Shown: positions 9,574-19,217 of the stretch, in pieces
Layout: every line of letters starts with the position of its first letter
How positions within the stretch are numbered: the stretch's first letter is position 1
Source of the DNA: an uncultured Alphaproteobacteria bacterium
Lineage (GTDB): Bacteria > Pseudomonadota > Alphaproteobacteria > UBA9655
Assembly: GCA_937967795.1 (NCBI GenBank)
Contig: CALBSK010000086.1
Location: 1,333 to 65,332 of the forward strand
Direction: 5' to 3'
DNA length: 64,000 nt
Position numbers and translations under genes: made by a program
The notes under the pieces: model-generated
Seen by the model: only the letters and a program-made list of their open reading frames with translations
Databases searched by the model: none
What the model was told of the DNA's origin: nothing

Positions 9574-10917
9574 CTAATCTCTTGCGGTTTGAAGTCGATT
9601 AAGTACTTTGGGGCGTCCCATGAGAAGAATCAAGTCTTTTAGCTCAGGCCCATGTTCCCTTCCTGTAAGAGCCTTTCTTATTGGCATAAAGAGGTCTTTT
9701 CCTTTAAGGTCCGTTTCTTCTTTAACGTCATTCATCCAAGTTTTAAACGTGTTCTCATCCCAAGGTTCAATCGGCAGAAAGTGTTCCGCAACCTCTAAAA
9801 GGCCTTTGTTTTCTTGCGAAAACATTTTATGCCCATAGCAAATGGTCCACCATTCTTTAATCTCTCGGAATTTTGTAATATTTTTTTGAGCCAGGCTCCA
9901 AAATTCGGGCGGGGCGTCTTTAATGCCCATGGCTTCCAGACGAGATTTAACCTGGTCAAAAGAAAGACTTTGCAGAATTTTTATATTCATTTGCCACAAA
10001 TCCTCAGGATCAAGTTTGGGCATTGACCTTCCAAATTTTTGAATATCAAACTCAGATAAAATACCCTTTAGACTTAAGTGAGACGTAATGGGATCCGAAG
10101 TCCCTAACTTTGCAAGAAGGCTATTGATGGCCATCGGCTCAAGCCCGTCTTTGCGAAGCTGTATAAGGCTTAAGCTTCCCTCTCTCTTTGAAAGACCTTC
10201 ACCTTCACGACCCGAAATGAGAGCTAAATGACCAAATTGAATAAGATTAGGTTTTCCCTGAAGTGCTTCCATGATTTGAATTTGAATAGCTGTATTTGTC
10301 ACATGATCTTCTCCTCTGATAATATCAGTAATTTCCATCTCGAGATCATCAACGACAGAAGCTAAGATATAGACAGGTGATCCATCTTCTCGAATCAAGA
10401 TGGGGTCATTTAAAAGCTCTCCTTGGAAATGAACCTCTCCTCGTATAAGATCACGCCACTTTATTTCTCCTCTTTCCATTTTAAATCGCCAATGAGGGTT
10501 TCGGCCTTCTTCCTTATACTTTTCGATTTGCGCAGGGGTTAAGGAAAGCGCCGCTCGATTATAAAGAGGAGGCTTTCCAGCTGAAAGTTGGACTTTCCTT
10601 TGCAAATCAAGTTCTTCTTGCGTCTCAAAGCAAGGATAAAGCCTTCCTTGAGCTTTAAGAAGATTAGCAGCTTTCTCATAATGCGCGAGACGGTCGGATT
10701 GTTGGATAACTTCATCATAATGAAGCCCTAACCAGACAAGATCTTCCTTGATTTGATCCGCATATTTTTCTTGAGATCGCACGGGATCTGTGTCATCAAG
10801 ACGGAGGATGAAATGTCCCCCCTGAACACGCGCATACAGCCAATTAATGAGGGCCGTTCGGGTATTTCCAAGGTGGAGATAGCCTGTGGGAGAAGGGGCA
10901 AATCGTAATTTTGTCAT
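9574..10917 (-). CDS. gltX: Glutamate--tRNA ligase
   Basis: PSPTGYLHLGNTRTAL (HIGH) and LSKREG (KMSKS-like). The ORF track begins at a TTG at 10956. The ATG at 10917 (MTKLRFAPSPTG) gives the canonical N-terminus. Confidence 0.92.
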   Translation of the reverse strand: MTKLRFAPSPTGYLHLGNTRTALINWLYARVQGGHFILRLDDTDPVRSQEKYADQIKEDLVWLGLHYDEVIQQSDRLAHYEKAANLLKAQGRLYPCFETQEELDLQRKVQLSAGKPPLYNRAALSLTPAQIEKYKEEGRNPHWRFKMERGEIKWRDLIRGEVHFQGELLNDPILIREDGSPVYILASVVDDLEMEITDIIRGEDHVTNTAIQIQIMEALQGKPNLIQFGHLALISGREGEGLSKREGSLSLIQLRKDGLEPMAINSLLAKLGTSDPITSHLSLKGILSEFDIQKFGRSMPKLDPEDLWQMNIKILQSLSFDQVKSRLEAMGIKDAPPEFWSLAQKNITKFREIKEWWTICYGHKMFSQENKGLLEVAEHFLPIEPWDENTFKTWMNDVKEETDLKGKDLFMPIRKALTGREHGPELKDLILLMGRPKVLNRLQTARD

Positions 10918-11035
10918 TGTTGTATCTTTGCAACTTTCTAAAAGATTTTTTTTCAATCCTTACTTTTTTATTAATCTTGGAGCTTAGTGCATGGTATTAC
11001 ATAAACTCGGTAACTTTCAAGAAAGGATATGAAAC

Positions 11036-11779
11036 ATGAAGAAAGTTTCTTTACTCGCACTTGCTGCCTCACTTGCAACCCCTGCAGTTGCAGATGTTTG
11101 CCCAAAGGGCTTCCAAGGTTTCCATCTCGGTGGTAACATCGGATACGGTGTAGGCACTGCTAATAAAACAGGAACTCTTACTAACTCAGAAACGGACAGC
11201 TCATTTAGTGGTGAAAGCACAACTTTCAGCAATAGATTAGGCTTTAAGGGAGTTGATGGTGGTATTGGCACCGGATATACTCATCGGTTTGGGAATTGGG
11301 GACTTGGCATTGCTTTTGATGCCAATTGGGCTAATACCAAGGGGAGATTTACAACAACTGGCGTTGCTGACTCGGAAGAGTCGCAAACAGTAAAAGGGAA
11401 TGCTCGTTTGAAAAACTCCCTTCAACTTTATGCACGCGCAGGCTATGTTATTGGTAACCAAGCCATGCCATTCGTCGCTCTTGGTTGGGATAACTCCAAA
11501 TGGGCTCACAAGACCAGTATTTCTAGAACTATTACGAGTGATTCACCTTCAACTACCACCATATCCGCAAATAAAAGCAAGCGTTTGAATGCTTTGATGT
11601 GGAAGCTCGGTGTGGATTTCTTAGCAACAAAACATGTAGTTGTTGGATTTGAGTACACAGGAACCTCCGCAGGCAAGATTAATTCAAAAACGACAAATGC
11701 TGATGGAGATGTTCTGAAGAGCAGCTTTAAGACTCCTCAATATAACAAGTTTGCTTTGACAGCTAAGGTTGTCTATTAA
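11036..11779 (+). CDS. Outer-membrane beta-barrel protein (Omp25/porin-like family)
   Basis: 247 aa. Signal peptide MKKVSLLALAASLATPAVA, alternating beta-strand pattern with G/Y/N/T richness, and a C-terminal aromatic residue (..KVVY). An SD-like aaagga lies upstream. Confidence 0.7.
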   Translation: MKKVSLLALAASLATPAVADVCPKGFQGFHLGGNIGYGVGTANKTGTLTNSETDSSFSGESTTFSNRLGFKGVDGGIGTGYTHRFGNWGLGIAFDANWANTKGRFTTTGVADSEESQTVKGNARLKNSLQLYARAGYVIGNQAMPFVALGWDNSKWAHKTSISRTITSDSPSTTTISANKSKRLNALMWKLGVDFLATKHVVVGFEYTGTSAGKINSKTTNADGDVLKSSFKTPQYNKFALTAKVVY

Positions 11780-11812
11780 AACTTGAGCCTTTTATAAAGG
11801 TACGTTTCCTTT

Positions 11813-11843
11813 AAAACCCCTGTTTCGGCAGGGGTTTTTCTTT
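11813..11843 (+). terminator. Rho-independent terminator after the OMP gene
   Basis: AAAACCCCTG-tttcgg-CAGGGGTTTTTCTTT. GC-rich stem (11817-11822 / 11829-11834) followed by a T-run, with an A-tract upstream. Confidence 0.75.
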
Positions 11844-11944
11844 ACCAAATTTTTACTTTAATCGGATAATTTAATGAAAGAAGGAAGAGTTTCCTTTTTC
11901 TTAAAATTCGGTAGTATAACCTCCATGCAATTAATGAGGCTTAG

Positions 11945-14900
11945 ATGGAAAAAGAAGGGTATTATCGGAGTCCCACCCTATGGAAGAATAAGCTTGTTTT
12001 TACAGCGGACGATGATTTATGGGAAGTTCCTCTTACAGGAGGAAAAGCCGAACGACTCACAGCAGGGGCAGGAGAAGCGAATGATTCCGCTTTTTCTCCT
12101 GACGGGAAATGGCTTGCTTTCACAAGCACCTCTGAAGGCCACGCAGAAGTTTATATCATGCCTTCAGAAGGTGGAGAAGCCACGCGTCTTACTTATATTC
12201 CTGAGGGTTCGATGGTTGTGGGATGGACACAAGCCAACGAAGTCATTTTTTCTTCAACTAAAAATAACCCTTTTCGCATACGCTCTCTTTATAAATCGGA
12301 TATCAAAACGGGAAGGGTAGAACCCATTTCTTGCGGTCCTGCAAACTTCATCTCCTATGAGCTCAAAGGCAAGGGATGTGTCATTCAACGTCATGGTCAT
12401 GGATACGTTTCATGGAAGCGCTATCGGGGAGGAACGGCAGGTGAATTGTGGATTGATCGTCAAGGCAGAGGAGAGTTTCAAAAGCTCATTGAGATTAAGG
12501 GTAACGCTTTGCGTCCCCTCTGGATCCAAAATCGCATTTATTTTATCAGTGATCATCAGGGCCATGGAAATGTTTATTCTTGTACACCCGAGGGGACAGA
12601 CCTTAAACGTCATACCTCTCACGAAGATTACTTTGTAAGAGGACTCGCTTACCATGAAACGTCTTTTGTTTATACGGCGGGGGGCGATCTTTTTCAGTTT
12701 TCTCCTGAAAAAAAACCTTCCCAAAAAATCCACGTTGATTTTATCTCTTCTTTCTCTCAACGGGCACGAAAATTCGTGGATGCAAGTTCTTATCTTTCAG
12801 GGTACAGCCTTGATCAAAAAGGCTCTCACCTTACCATCATTACAAGGGGGCGGCCTTTTTCATTTGCAAACTGGGAAGGTGCGGTCAATCAATATGGCGA
12901 GAAAGATGATATTCGATATAAATCTGTTTCCTGGCTTTATGATAATAAACGCCTTTTAATTGTCAGCAGCCGGGAAGGAGAAGACCGGCTGGAAATTCAT
13001 GCAGTAGACCCTATGAAAGAGCCAAAAATTCTTAAAAAAATGGATTTGGGGCGGATCATCTCCCTCAAAACATCTCCCGTCCGAGATGAAGGTATTCTTA
13101 TTAATCATCGCTGTGAACTTTTTCACATTGATTTAAAGACCCAAAAACTTACTCTTATCGATAAAAGCATTTTTGGAGATATGGGAGGGTTAAATTGGTC
13201 CTCGGATGGGCGGTGGATTGTTTATGATTATCCCATTAATGATCGTTTGCGAGCCATTAAGCTCTGCGAGATGAAAAATTTTAAGACCCATGTGATTACA
13301 CGTCCTATCCGAGAAGATTTTTGTCCCTGTTTTGACCCCGAAGGAAAGTATATTTATTTTCTTTCAAAGCGAACGTATTCACCTTATTCAGATAATCTTC
13401 AATTTGAAATGGGCTTTCCTAAAGGAACAAAACCTTATCTTATTCTTCTTGATGAAACGCTTTTCTCTCCTTTTATTCCTCAACCCAGGAAAGATGAGGG
13501 AAAGCCTCAGAAAGAAAAAAAAGAAAAGGGAGTTAAACACATTAAAATTGATCTAAAGGGGATCGAAGATCGTATCCTCGAATTCCCTGTTTCTGAAGGG
13601 GATTATGTAACCATTCGTGGCATACCAGGAAAAGCACTTTACCTTTCTCGTCCTTTCCAAAGCGTTATAGAAAAAGAGGAAAACGGTACCTCACAGGGAA
13701 ACTTAGAGTGTTATGACTTTGTCCTAAAAAAAGAAGATACCCTCATGACTCAAGTTTCTTCTTTTACCCTTTCGGGGGATTTTCAATGGTTATGCGCTTA
13801 TGGAGCTAAAAAGCTTAGGATAACGAAAGCAGGAGAAAAACCTCTCGATAATGATCCTTCCTATCGTAAAGGAGGGTGGATTGATCTGAAGCGTGTAAAG
13901 GTTTCTGTGACGCCTTTTAAAGAATGGTCTCAAATTTTTGAAGAGGTGTGGCGGCTCCAAAAAGATTTTTTTTGGACAGAAGATATGTCTATGGTGGACT
14001 GGAAAGGAATCTATAAGCGTTATCGACCCCTTTTAGATCGCATTGCAACACGAGGTGAACTCACCGACCTTATCGCTGAAATGCATGGTGAGCTTGGCAC
14101 TTCTCATGCTTATGTCTTCGGTGGTGATTATAGATATCCTCCCAACTACCCTATCGGAGATTTAGGGGCTGATTTTGTGTATGATAAATCCGAGAAATCA
14201 TACCGCATTTCTAATATTGCTCAGGGAGATCGTTGGAATCCTTCTCAAACGTCTCCTCTCACATCGCCGGGCCTTGGAATTGGTGAAGGAGACCTCCTCT
14301 TTGCCGTGAATGGCCAGAAGCTTGATGAAACCACTTTTCCAGAAAAGCTACTGGTTAATCAAGCCCACAACACCGTTTCACTCCTTGTAAAAGAGGGAAA
14401 GAAAAAGGTAAAGAATGTTTTCGTTAAAACCCTTGCTTCACAAATCCCTGCTCGCTATAGGGATTGGGTTGAAAAAAACAAAGCTTATGTTCATGAAAAA
14501 ACGAAAGATTCAGTAGGTTATATTCATATTCCAGATATGAAAGTCAACGGATTTGCAGAATTTCACCGAAGCTTTTTAGCAGAGCTGAATCGAGAAGGCC
14601 TTATCATTGATATCCGTTTTAATGGGGGTGGAAATGTATCGTCCCTTCTTCTTGAAAAGCTCGGTCGTACACGCCTTGGATACGATCAAAGCCGTTGGTG
14701 GGGAGCTATGCCTTATCCTCTGGAATCTCCTATGGGACCTATGGTTGGGCTCATCAATGAATATTCAGCCTCTGATGGTGATATCTTCTCTCATAGTTTT
14801 AAAATGCTAAAACTTGGCCCCCTCATCGGCAAAAGAACGTGGGGGGGGGTTATCGGCATGTGGCCTCGTCATAGCCTTGTTGATGGAGGGGGCACTTCTC

Positions 14901-15127
14901 AACCCGAATTTTCTTTTTGGTTTCATGATGTGGGCTGGGGTGTTGAAAACTATGGAGTCGTTCCTGACATCGAGGTTGAAATATCACCTCAAGATTATGA
15001 AAAAGGAATTGATCCTCAGTTGGATCGTGGGATTTCTGAAGTTCTCGCTATTTTAAAGGCTTCCTCATCTCCCCCACCGTTCTCCACAGAACGTCCTAAT
15101 TTGGCCCCCCCAAAGCTGGAAAAATAA
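11945..15127 (+). CDS. Tricorn protease homolog (peptidase S41B)
   Basis: 1060 aa. N-terminal beta-propeller signatures (LWEVPLTGGKAERLT, FSPDGKWLAF), a central PDZ-like region, and a C-terminal S41 catalytic region (..NEYSASDGDIF.., HIPDM). Confidence 0.85.
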   Translation: MEKEGYYRSPTLWKNKLVFTADDDLWEVPLTGGKAERLTAGAGEANDSAFSPDGKWLAFTSTSEGHAEVYIMPSEGGEATRLTYIPEGSMVVGWTQANEVIFSSTKNNPFRIRSLYKSDIKTGRVEPISCGPANFISYELKGKGCVIQRHGHGYVSWKRYRGGTAGELWIDRQGRGEFQKLIEIKGNALRPLWIQNRIYFISDHQGHGNVYSCTPEGTDLKRHTSHEDYFVRGLAYHETSFVYTAGGDLFQFSPEKKPSQKIHVDFISSFSQRARKFVDASSYLSGYSLDQKGSHLTIITRGRPFSFANWEGAVNQYGEKDDIRYKSVSWLYDNKRLLIVSSREGEDRLEIHAVDPMKEPKILKKMDLGRIISLKTSPVRDEGILINHRCELFHIDLKTQKLTLIDKSIFGDMGGLNWSSDGRWIVYDYPINDRLRAIKLCEMKNFKTHVITRPIREDFCPCFDPEGKYIYFLSKRTYSPYSDNLQFEMGFPKGTKPYLILLDETLFSPFIPQPRKDEGKPQKEKKEKGVKHIKIDLKGIEDRILEFPVSEGDYVTIRGIPGKALYLSRPFQSVIEKEENGTSQGNLECYDFVLKKEDTLMTQVSSFTLSGDFQWLCAYGAKKLRITKAGEKPLDNDPSYRKGGWIDLKRVKVSVTPFKEWSQIFEEVWRLQKDFFWTEDMSMVDWKGIYKRYRPLLDRIATRGELTDLIAEMHGELGTSHAYVFGGDYRYPPNYPIGDLGADFVYDKSEKSYRISNIAQGDRWNPSQTSPLTSPGLGIGEGDLLFAVNGQKLDETTFPEKLLVNQAHNTVSLLVKEGKKKVKNVFVKTLASQIPARYRDWVEKNKAYVHEKTKDSVGYIHIPDMKVNGFAEFHRSFLAELNREGLIIDIRFNGGGNVSSLLLEKLGRTRLGYDQSRWWGAMPYPLESPMGPMVGLINEYSASDGDIFSHSFKMLKLGPLIGKRTWGGVIGMWPRHSLVDGGGTSQPEFSFWFHDVGWGVENYGVVPDIEVEISPQDYEKGIDPQLDRGISEVLAILKASSSPPPFSTERPNLAPPKLEK

Positions 15128-15134
15128 GGGTTCT

Positions 15135-15695
15135 TCAGCGATTGGCTCCTGGAATCCACAAGATATCCCCGGCGTTTTGATGATTATCATAACGGGAAAG
15201 TACAAAAAGGACATCCGAGAGTCTATTGAGGTAATGGATAATAACTGTATTCACAGGTTCAGACTCTTTTAAAAAACATACGGCCCTTTCTGCTCTCCGA
15301 ACCACAGCTCGTGCTTGGTGAAGCGCTGCAGATAAAGTTGATCCTCCCGGCAGGATAAAAGAGTGAAGAGGGGGTAAGGATGCATTATAATAATCAATTT
15401 TTTCTTCTAAAAAAACCACCTGATGGGGATGGAGACGAAGTCTTTCTTCTCGTGATTTGTGCTCAGGCGCACACAAATCTGCACCAACATCAAAAAGGTC
15501 GTTTTGTATATGAAATAAAAGCTTATCTATTTCTCCTGTTGCGTGAATACGGCTTACGCCAATAGAAGCATTCGCTTCATCAACATCTCCAATAGCTGCA
15601 ATACGAGGAGAGCTCTTCAAAACTCGCTCTCCTGTTCCCAGGGACGTTTTCCCCTTATCTCCTCCTTTTGTATAAATACGTGTGAGGAGAACCAC
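15135..15695 (-). CDS. ATP:cob(I)alamin adenosyltransferase, PduO type
   Basis: 186 aa. N-terminal IYTKGGDKGKTSL motif and PduO-type helical bundle length. GTG start. Confidence 0.85.
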   Translation of the reverse strand: MVLLTRIYTKGGDKGKTSLGTGERVLKSSPRIAAIGDVDEANASIGVSRIHATGEIDKLLFHIQNDLFDVGADLCAPEHKSREERLRLHPHQVVFLEEKIDYYNASLPPLHSFILPGGSTLSAALHQARAVVRRAERAVCFLKESEPVNTVIIHYLNRLSDVLFVLSRYDNHQNAGDILWIPGANR

Positions 15696-15899
15696 TTATT
15701 TCACCTTTAAAAAGAGAAGAAGTGAAAAAATTAAAATAGAAAAGGCTTGAAAGAGGATCCTAAGCCGCATCATTTTATTGCTGCGCACCTCAGCCTCTTT
15801 TCCCTCTTTAAACATGTTAAGAAGTCCTAATATTAAGGCTCCTCCTGTTGCAGCCATCGCTCCGATTAACAAAATTTTAAGGGTGAGCTCAAGAGTCAT
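15696..15899 (-). CDS. Twin-transmembrane-helix small protein (HIG1-like)
   Basis: 67 aa with two hydrophobic helices separated by a basic loop. The start overlaps the upstream DUF1013 stop (ATGA). Confidence 0.6.
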   Translation of the reverse strand: MTLELTLKILLIGAMAATGGALILGLLNMFKEGKEAEVRSNKMMRLRILFQAFSILIFSLLLFLKVK

Positions 15900-16408
15900 A
15901 CTTTATATTTTTGGAGGAGTTCATTAAGATCTTCGGCGTTACAAAGACCTAAGTGAACAGGATTTGCAGGTTTGATCTCATTGATATTCCGATGGGTTTT
16001 TGATCGTATTGTCTGAATTGTATTTTTGGTTGTCCCCAAGATATTGATAATATCCGTATCGTTAATGGTGGGAATTTCCTTTAAAAGCCATGCAATCCCA
16101 TTAGGTTTAGCCTGACGAAGAATCAGAGGGGTGTATTTCGCTTTTTTTCGAATTTTCCCTTTGTGAATATTCGTTGTTAAGCGCAGCCTGGCTGAAGAGT
16201 CAGCTTGACAACGTTCAATTTCATCCAGAGTAAGTTGTCCAGAAGAAATAGGATCGTGGCCTACCATCCCCACCGCTATTTCTCCATCGGCAATGGCTTG
16301 GACTTCCAGAGGATGAAAATTACAAAAATCTCCAATTTGTTCAAACGTTAATGTTGTGTTGTCGATAAGCCAAACAGCTGTGGCTTTAGGCATGAGGGGC
16401 GCAGTCAT
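15896..16408 (-). CDS. DUF1013 domain protein (alphaproteobacterial cell-cycle-associated regulator family)
   Basis: 170 aa. MPKATAVWLIDNTTLTFEQIGDFC.FHPLEVQAIADGE is the conserved DUF1013 N-terminus. Confidence 0.75.
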   Translation of the reverse strand: MTAPLMPKATAVWLIDNTTLTFEQIGDFCNFHPLEVQAIADGEIAVGMVGHDPISSGQLTLDEIERCQADSSARLRLTTNIHKGKIRKKAKYTPLILRQAKPNGIAWLLKEIPTINDTDIINILGTTKNTIQTIRSKTHRNINEIKPANPVHLGLCNAEDLNELLQKYKV

Positions 16409-16484
16409 TGTGCTCTCACCTTTCTCTAAAATTTGTTAACTTAAGTGATTTAATCATAGGTTATTTTTCTCTAAAATAAAATTC

Positions 16485-17570
16485 TTAAAATTTCTCATTT
16501 CCAAAGCAGATTCCGAGCCCTTTAGCTGTTTTAACCAGGGAACCGTCAATGTCTACGGCTTGATATCCTGCAATAGCAAGTTGGATGGGTACATCAACAA
16601 CTTGACGATTTTGCCAAGCCACCATACGATCAAATTTTCCTTGAGCAATCAAATCGACGGCATGAATGCCAAAAGCAGAAGCTAATATCCGATCTTGAGG
16701 AATGGGTTGCCCTCCTCTTTGTACATGACCTAGAACTGTAAAGCGCGTTTCAGCACCTGTAAGTTCTGTGAGGCGATTTGCAAGATGCTGAGAAATGCCT
16801 CCATACCGACTTTTCCCTTCTATGTCAGTGATTCTTGCTTTTTCTCCTGTTTCCATCCCAATAGCTTCTGAAACAACAACAAGAGCAAAATTACGCCCTC
16901 CTTCTCGCAATGATTTAATCTTATGAGCCACTATTTCTATTTGATAAGGAATTTCAGGAATTAAAATAATATCAGCTCCTCCAGCAATACCAGTAACCAA
17001 AGCGATATGTCCTGCATCTCGCCCCATGACTTCTAAGATCATGACTCGATCATGACTTGCCGCTGTAGGCTGAAGACGATCGAGGGCCTCTGTGGCTACA
17101 TGAACGGCCGTCATAAAACCAATCGAATGTTCGGTATGGCTCAGATCATCATCGATCGTTTTAGGAATTGCAACAAGATTTAATCCTCCTTGTTGTGCAA
17201 GACGTCTCAGGATATCTTGACTTCCATCTCCTCCGATGCCGATCAATGCATCCAGCTTTAAAAGGTTGTATCCTTCAATAACGTTTTGAGAGAGATCCTT
17301 TATTAGTCCATTTGTAAGGGGATAAGCAAAGGGATCTCCTTTATTCGTTGTTCCCAAAACAGTTCCTCCCTGGCGCAAAAGTGCGCTCGTACAAAAAGAA
17401 AGATCGAGTTTCACCGCATCAACGGGACGACGCATAAGGCCATGTGTGCCTTGATGAATACCATAAACATCCCATCCGTATTCCTGAATAGCTCTCAGAG
17501 TAATCGCACGAATGACGGCATTAAGTCCCGCGCAATCTCCGCCACTTGTCAAAATGCCGATTCTTTTCAT
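16485..17570 (-). CDS. pfk: 6-phosphofructokinase (phosphoryl donor not assignable from sequence)
   Basis: 361 aa with GILTSGGDCAGLNAVIR, IGGDGS, PKTIDDD and MGRDAGHIAL. Confidence 0.85.
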   Translation of the reverse strand: MKRIGILTSGGDCAGLNAVIRAITLRAIQEYGWDVYGIHQGTHGLMRRPVDAVKLDLSFCTSALLRQGGTVLGTTNKGDPFAYPLTNGLIKDLSQNVIEGYNLLKLDALIGIGGDGSQDILRRLAQQGGLNLVAIPKTIDDDLSHTEHSIGFMTAVHVATEALDRLQPTAASHDRVMILEVMGRDAGHIALVTGIAGGADIILIPEIPYQIEIVAHKIKSLREGGRNFALVVVSEAIGMETGEKARITDIEGKSRYGGISQHLANRLTELTGAETRFTVLGHVQRGGQPIPQDRILASAFGIHAVDLIAQGKFDRMVAWQNRQVVDVPIQLAIAGYQAVDIDGSLVKTAKGLGICFGNEKF

Positions 17571-17688
17571 CGAGTAAACCTCCTTAATTTATTTAACCAT
17601 TATTTCAATTCAATAACATCAAGAAATTTTTTGCGGATTTTACCAAAAAAATTTGATATAGTTCGACCTTAATGAAAAATTAAGTGGT

Positions 17689-17889
17689 ATGATGACGAGA
17701 GAAGACCTAAAGCACAAGCTCAATAATCTAAAAAATGAACATCGGGCTTTGGATGACGAAATTGCATGTCTCATGACAACACCGCTTTATGATCAGGTTG
17801 GCGTTCAAAGATTAAAGAAACGAAAACTCCAACTGAAAGATGAGATCACCAAACTTCAAACAAAGTTAATTCCTGATATTATTGCCTAA
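17689..17889 (+). CDS. DUF465 (YdcH-like) small coiled-coil protein
   Basis: 66 aa with a typical L..L..EH..LD.EI pattern and a C-terminal KLQLKDEI motif. Confidence 0.7.
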   Translation: MMTREDLKHKLNNLKNEHRALDDEIACLMTTPLYDQVGVQRLKKRKLQLKDEITKLQTKLIPDIIA

Positions 17890-17980
17890 ATTCCTTTTTT
17901 GTTAAAGAGGTTCTTATGACAACATTAAATTCATACAAGTTAACGTTCCAGTAATGAGGAGCCTTAATCGAAAAAGCTCG

Positions 17981-18313
17981 TCAATCTTCATCTGTAGGGG
18001 TTTCAATCCCGACAACATCTTCATCTTGCCCAAAATCAGAAGTATCCTCAAGAATAGCATCGCTCTCTTCAAGAGGTTCTAGTTCTTCTTCCAGTTCTAA
18101 AACTAATGTTTCGTCTAACTCAGCAGGAAGAGGAAGAGGTTTTGCATCAGATACAGGGGGGCGGCCACGACGCTTTTTTATAAAAGCTTCAAGGTCAAAA
18201 GTGCTGGCGCATTTAGGACAAGTAATGGGTTGGCGACACATATCATAGAAACGAGCATTACAATTTGGACAAGCTCGTTTGAGACCCCATTTTGGTTTAG
18301 ACATAGGTTTCAT
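17981..18313 (-). CDS. TIGR02300-family zinc-ribbon protein with acidic tail
   Basis: 110 aa. CPNCNARFYDM....CPKC zinc ribbon followed by a D/E-rich C-terminus. Confidence 0.7.
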   Translation of the reverse strand: MKPMSKPKWGLKRACPNCNARFYDMCRQPITCPKCASTFDLEAFIKKRRGRPPVSDAKPLPLPAELDETLVLELEEELEPLEESDAILEDTSDFGQDEDVVGIETPTDED

Positions 18314-18446
18314 TTCCTTTCTCTATCACACTTATATGGATAAGGGCTTTGTCACGAGTCAACATTTCTGTCAATAACCTGAATTACTTTTTTGTCGATT
18401 TTTTCTTTAAACTATGCCATTAGCATTTTGAGTTGTTGGAGAGAAA

Positions 18447-19124
18447 ATGTCTTCTATTACGATCACCATTGATGGACCGGCAGGCGCGGGAAAAGGCACA
18501 CTAGCTCGTCATTTGGCTCAGATTTATCACTTAGACCATCTTGATACAGGCCTTCTTTATCGTGCAGTTGCTCTAAAAATGCTAGAAGAGAACGAAGATC
18601 TTACGGACGAGAAAGCCGCAATAAAAATAGCTTCGTCTTTAAGGATGGATACTCTTAAGAACCCGGCTTTAAGAGATGAGGCAGTTGGGGATGCGGCCTC
18701 CCAAATTGCTACTTTTCCTGAAGTCCGAAAAGTTCTTTTAACCTTTCAAAGGGATTTTGCGAACACTCCTTCAAAAGAGAAGAAAGGTGTCGTTTTAGAT
18801 GGTCGTGATATTGGTCTTGTGATACTGCCGGAGGCTTTCTGTAAGATTTATGTCACAGCTTCTCCCGAGGTCAGAGCACGCCGCCGACTCAAAGAGTTGC
18901 ATCAAAAGGAAATTAACAGTATATATGAAGTTGTACTTGAGGATATTAAAGTTCGTGATGCACGGGATCAGACAAGAGAAGTTTCTCCTTTGCAGCCTGC
19001 TCGAGGTGCTTTTATTCTCGATACATCAGAACTTAACATAGGCGAAGTTGTTGAAAAAGCTTGTTTTTTTGTGGACTCAAAGTATCCTAAGGCTTATAAG
19101 AGGACCTCTTCGTCTTTTGAATAG
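18447..19124 (+). CDS. cmk: Cytidylate kinase
   Basis: 225 aa with a P-loop (ITIDGPAGAGKGT) and the conserved cmk-rpsA gene order. Confidence 0.9.
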   Translation: MSSITITIDGPAGAGKGTLARHLAQIYHLDHLDTGLLYRAVALKMLEENEDLTDEKAAIKIASSLRMDTLKNPALRDEAVGDAASQIATFPEVRKVLLTFQRDFANTPSKEKKGVVLDGRDIGLVILPEAFCKIYVTASPEVRARRRLKELHQKEINSIYEVVLEDIKVRDARDQTREVSPLQPARGAFILDTSELNIGEVVEKACFFVDSKYPKAYKRTSSSFE

Positions 19125-19217
19125 AAAACGTCGGCATTTCTATTTGATGAAACATCTAACTTTATTATTCTTTATGGGCCGAGCATAAAGAAGAGATATT
19201 TTTAAGGAAACCTATTA

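Noticed and set aside
11874-12320. 148-aa ORF overlapping the start of the tricorn protease gene in another frame.
   Set aside because: The tricorn frame has clear family motifs from its ATG at 11945. The overlapping frame has none and begins in the intergenic region.
17916-17954. 12-codon ORF with an SD-like AAAGAGG 6 nt upstream, in the gap between the DUF465 and zinc-ribbon genes.
   Set aside because: It is too short to evaluate and lies in a convergent 3' region, so it is most likely a coincidence.
19170-19190. 7-bp hairpin (CTTTATG-ggccgag-CATAAAG) in the AU-rich rpsA leader, considered as an S1 autoregulatory element.
   Set aside because: The stem is short and weak, and I could not check its conservation. 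I cannot support it beyond noting that it exists.
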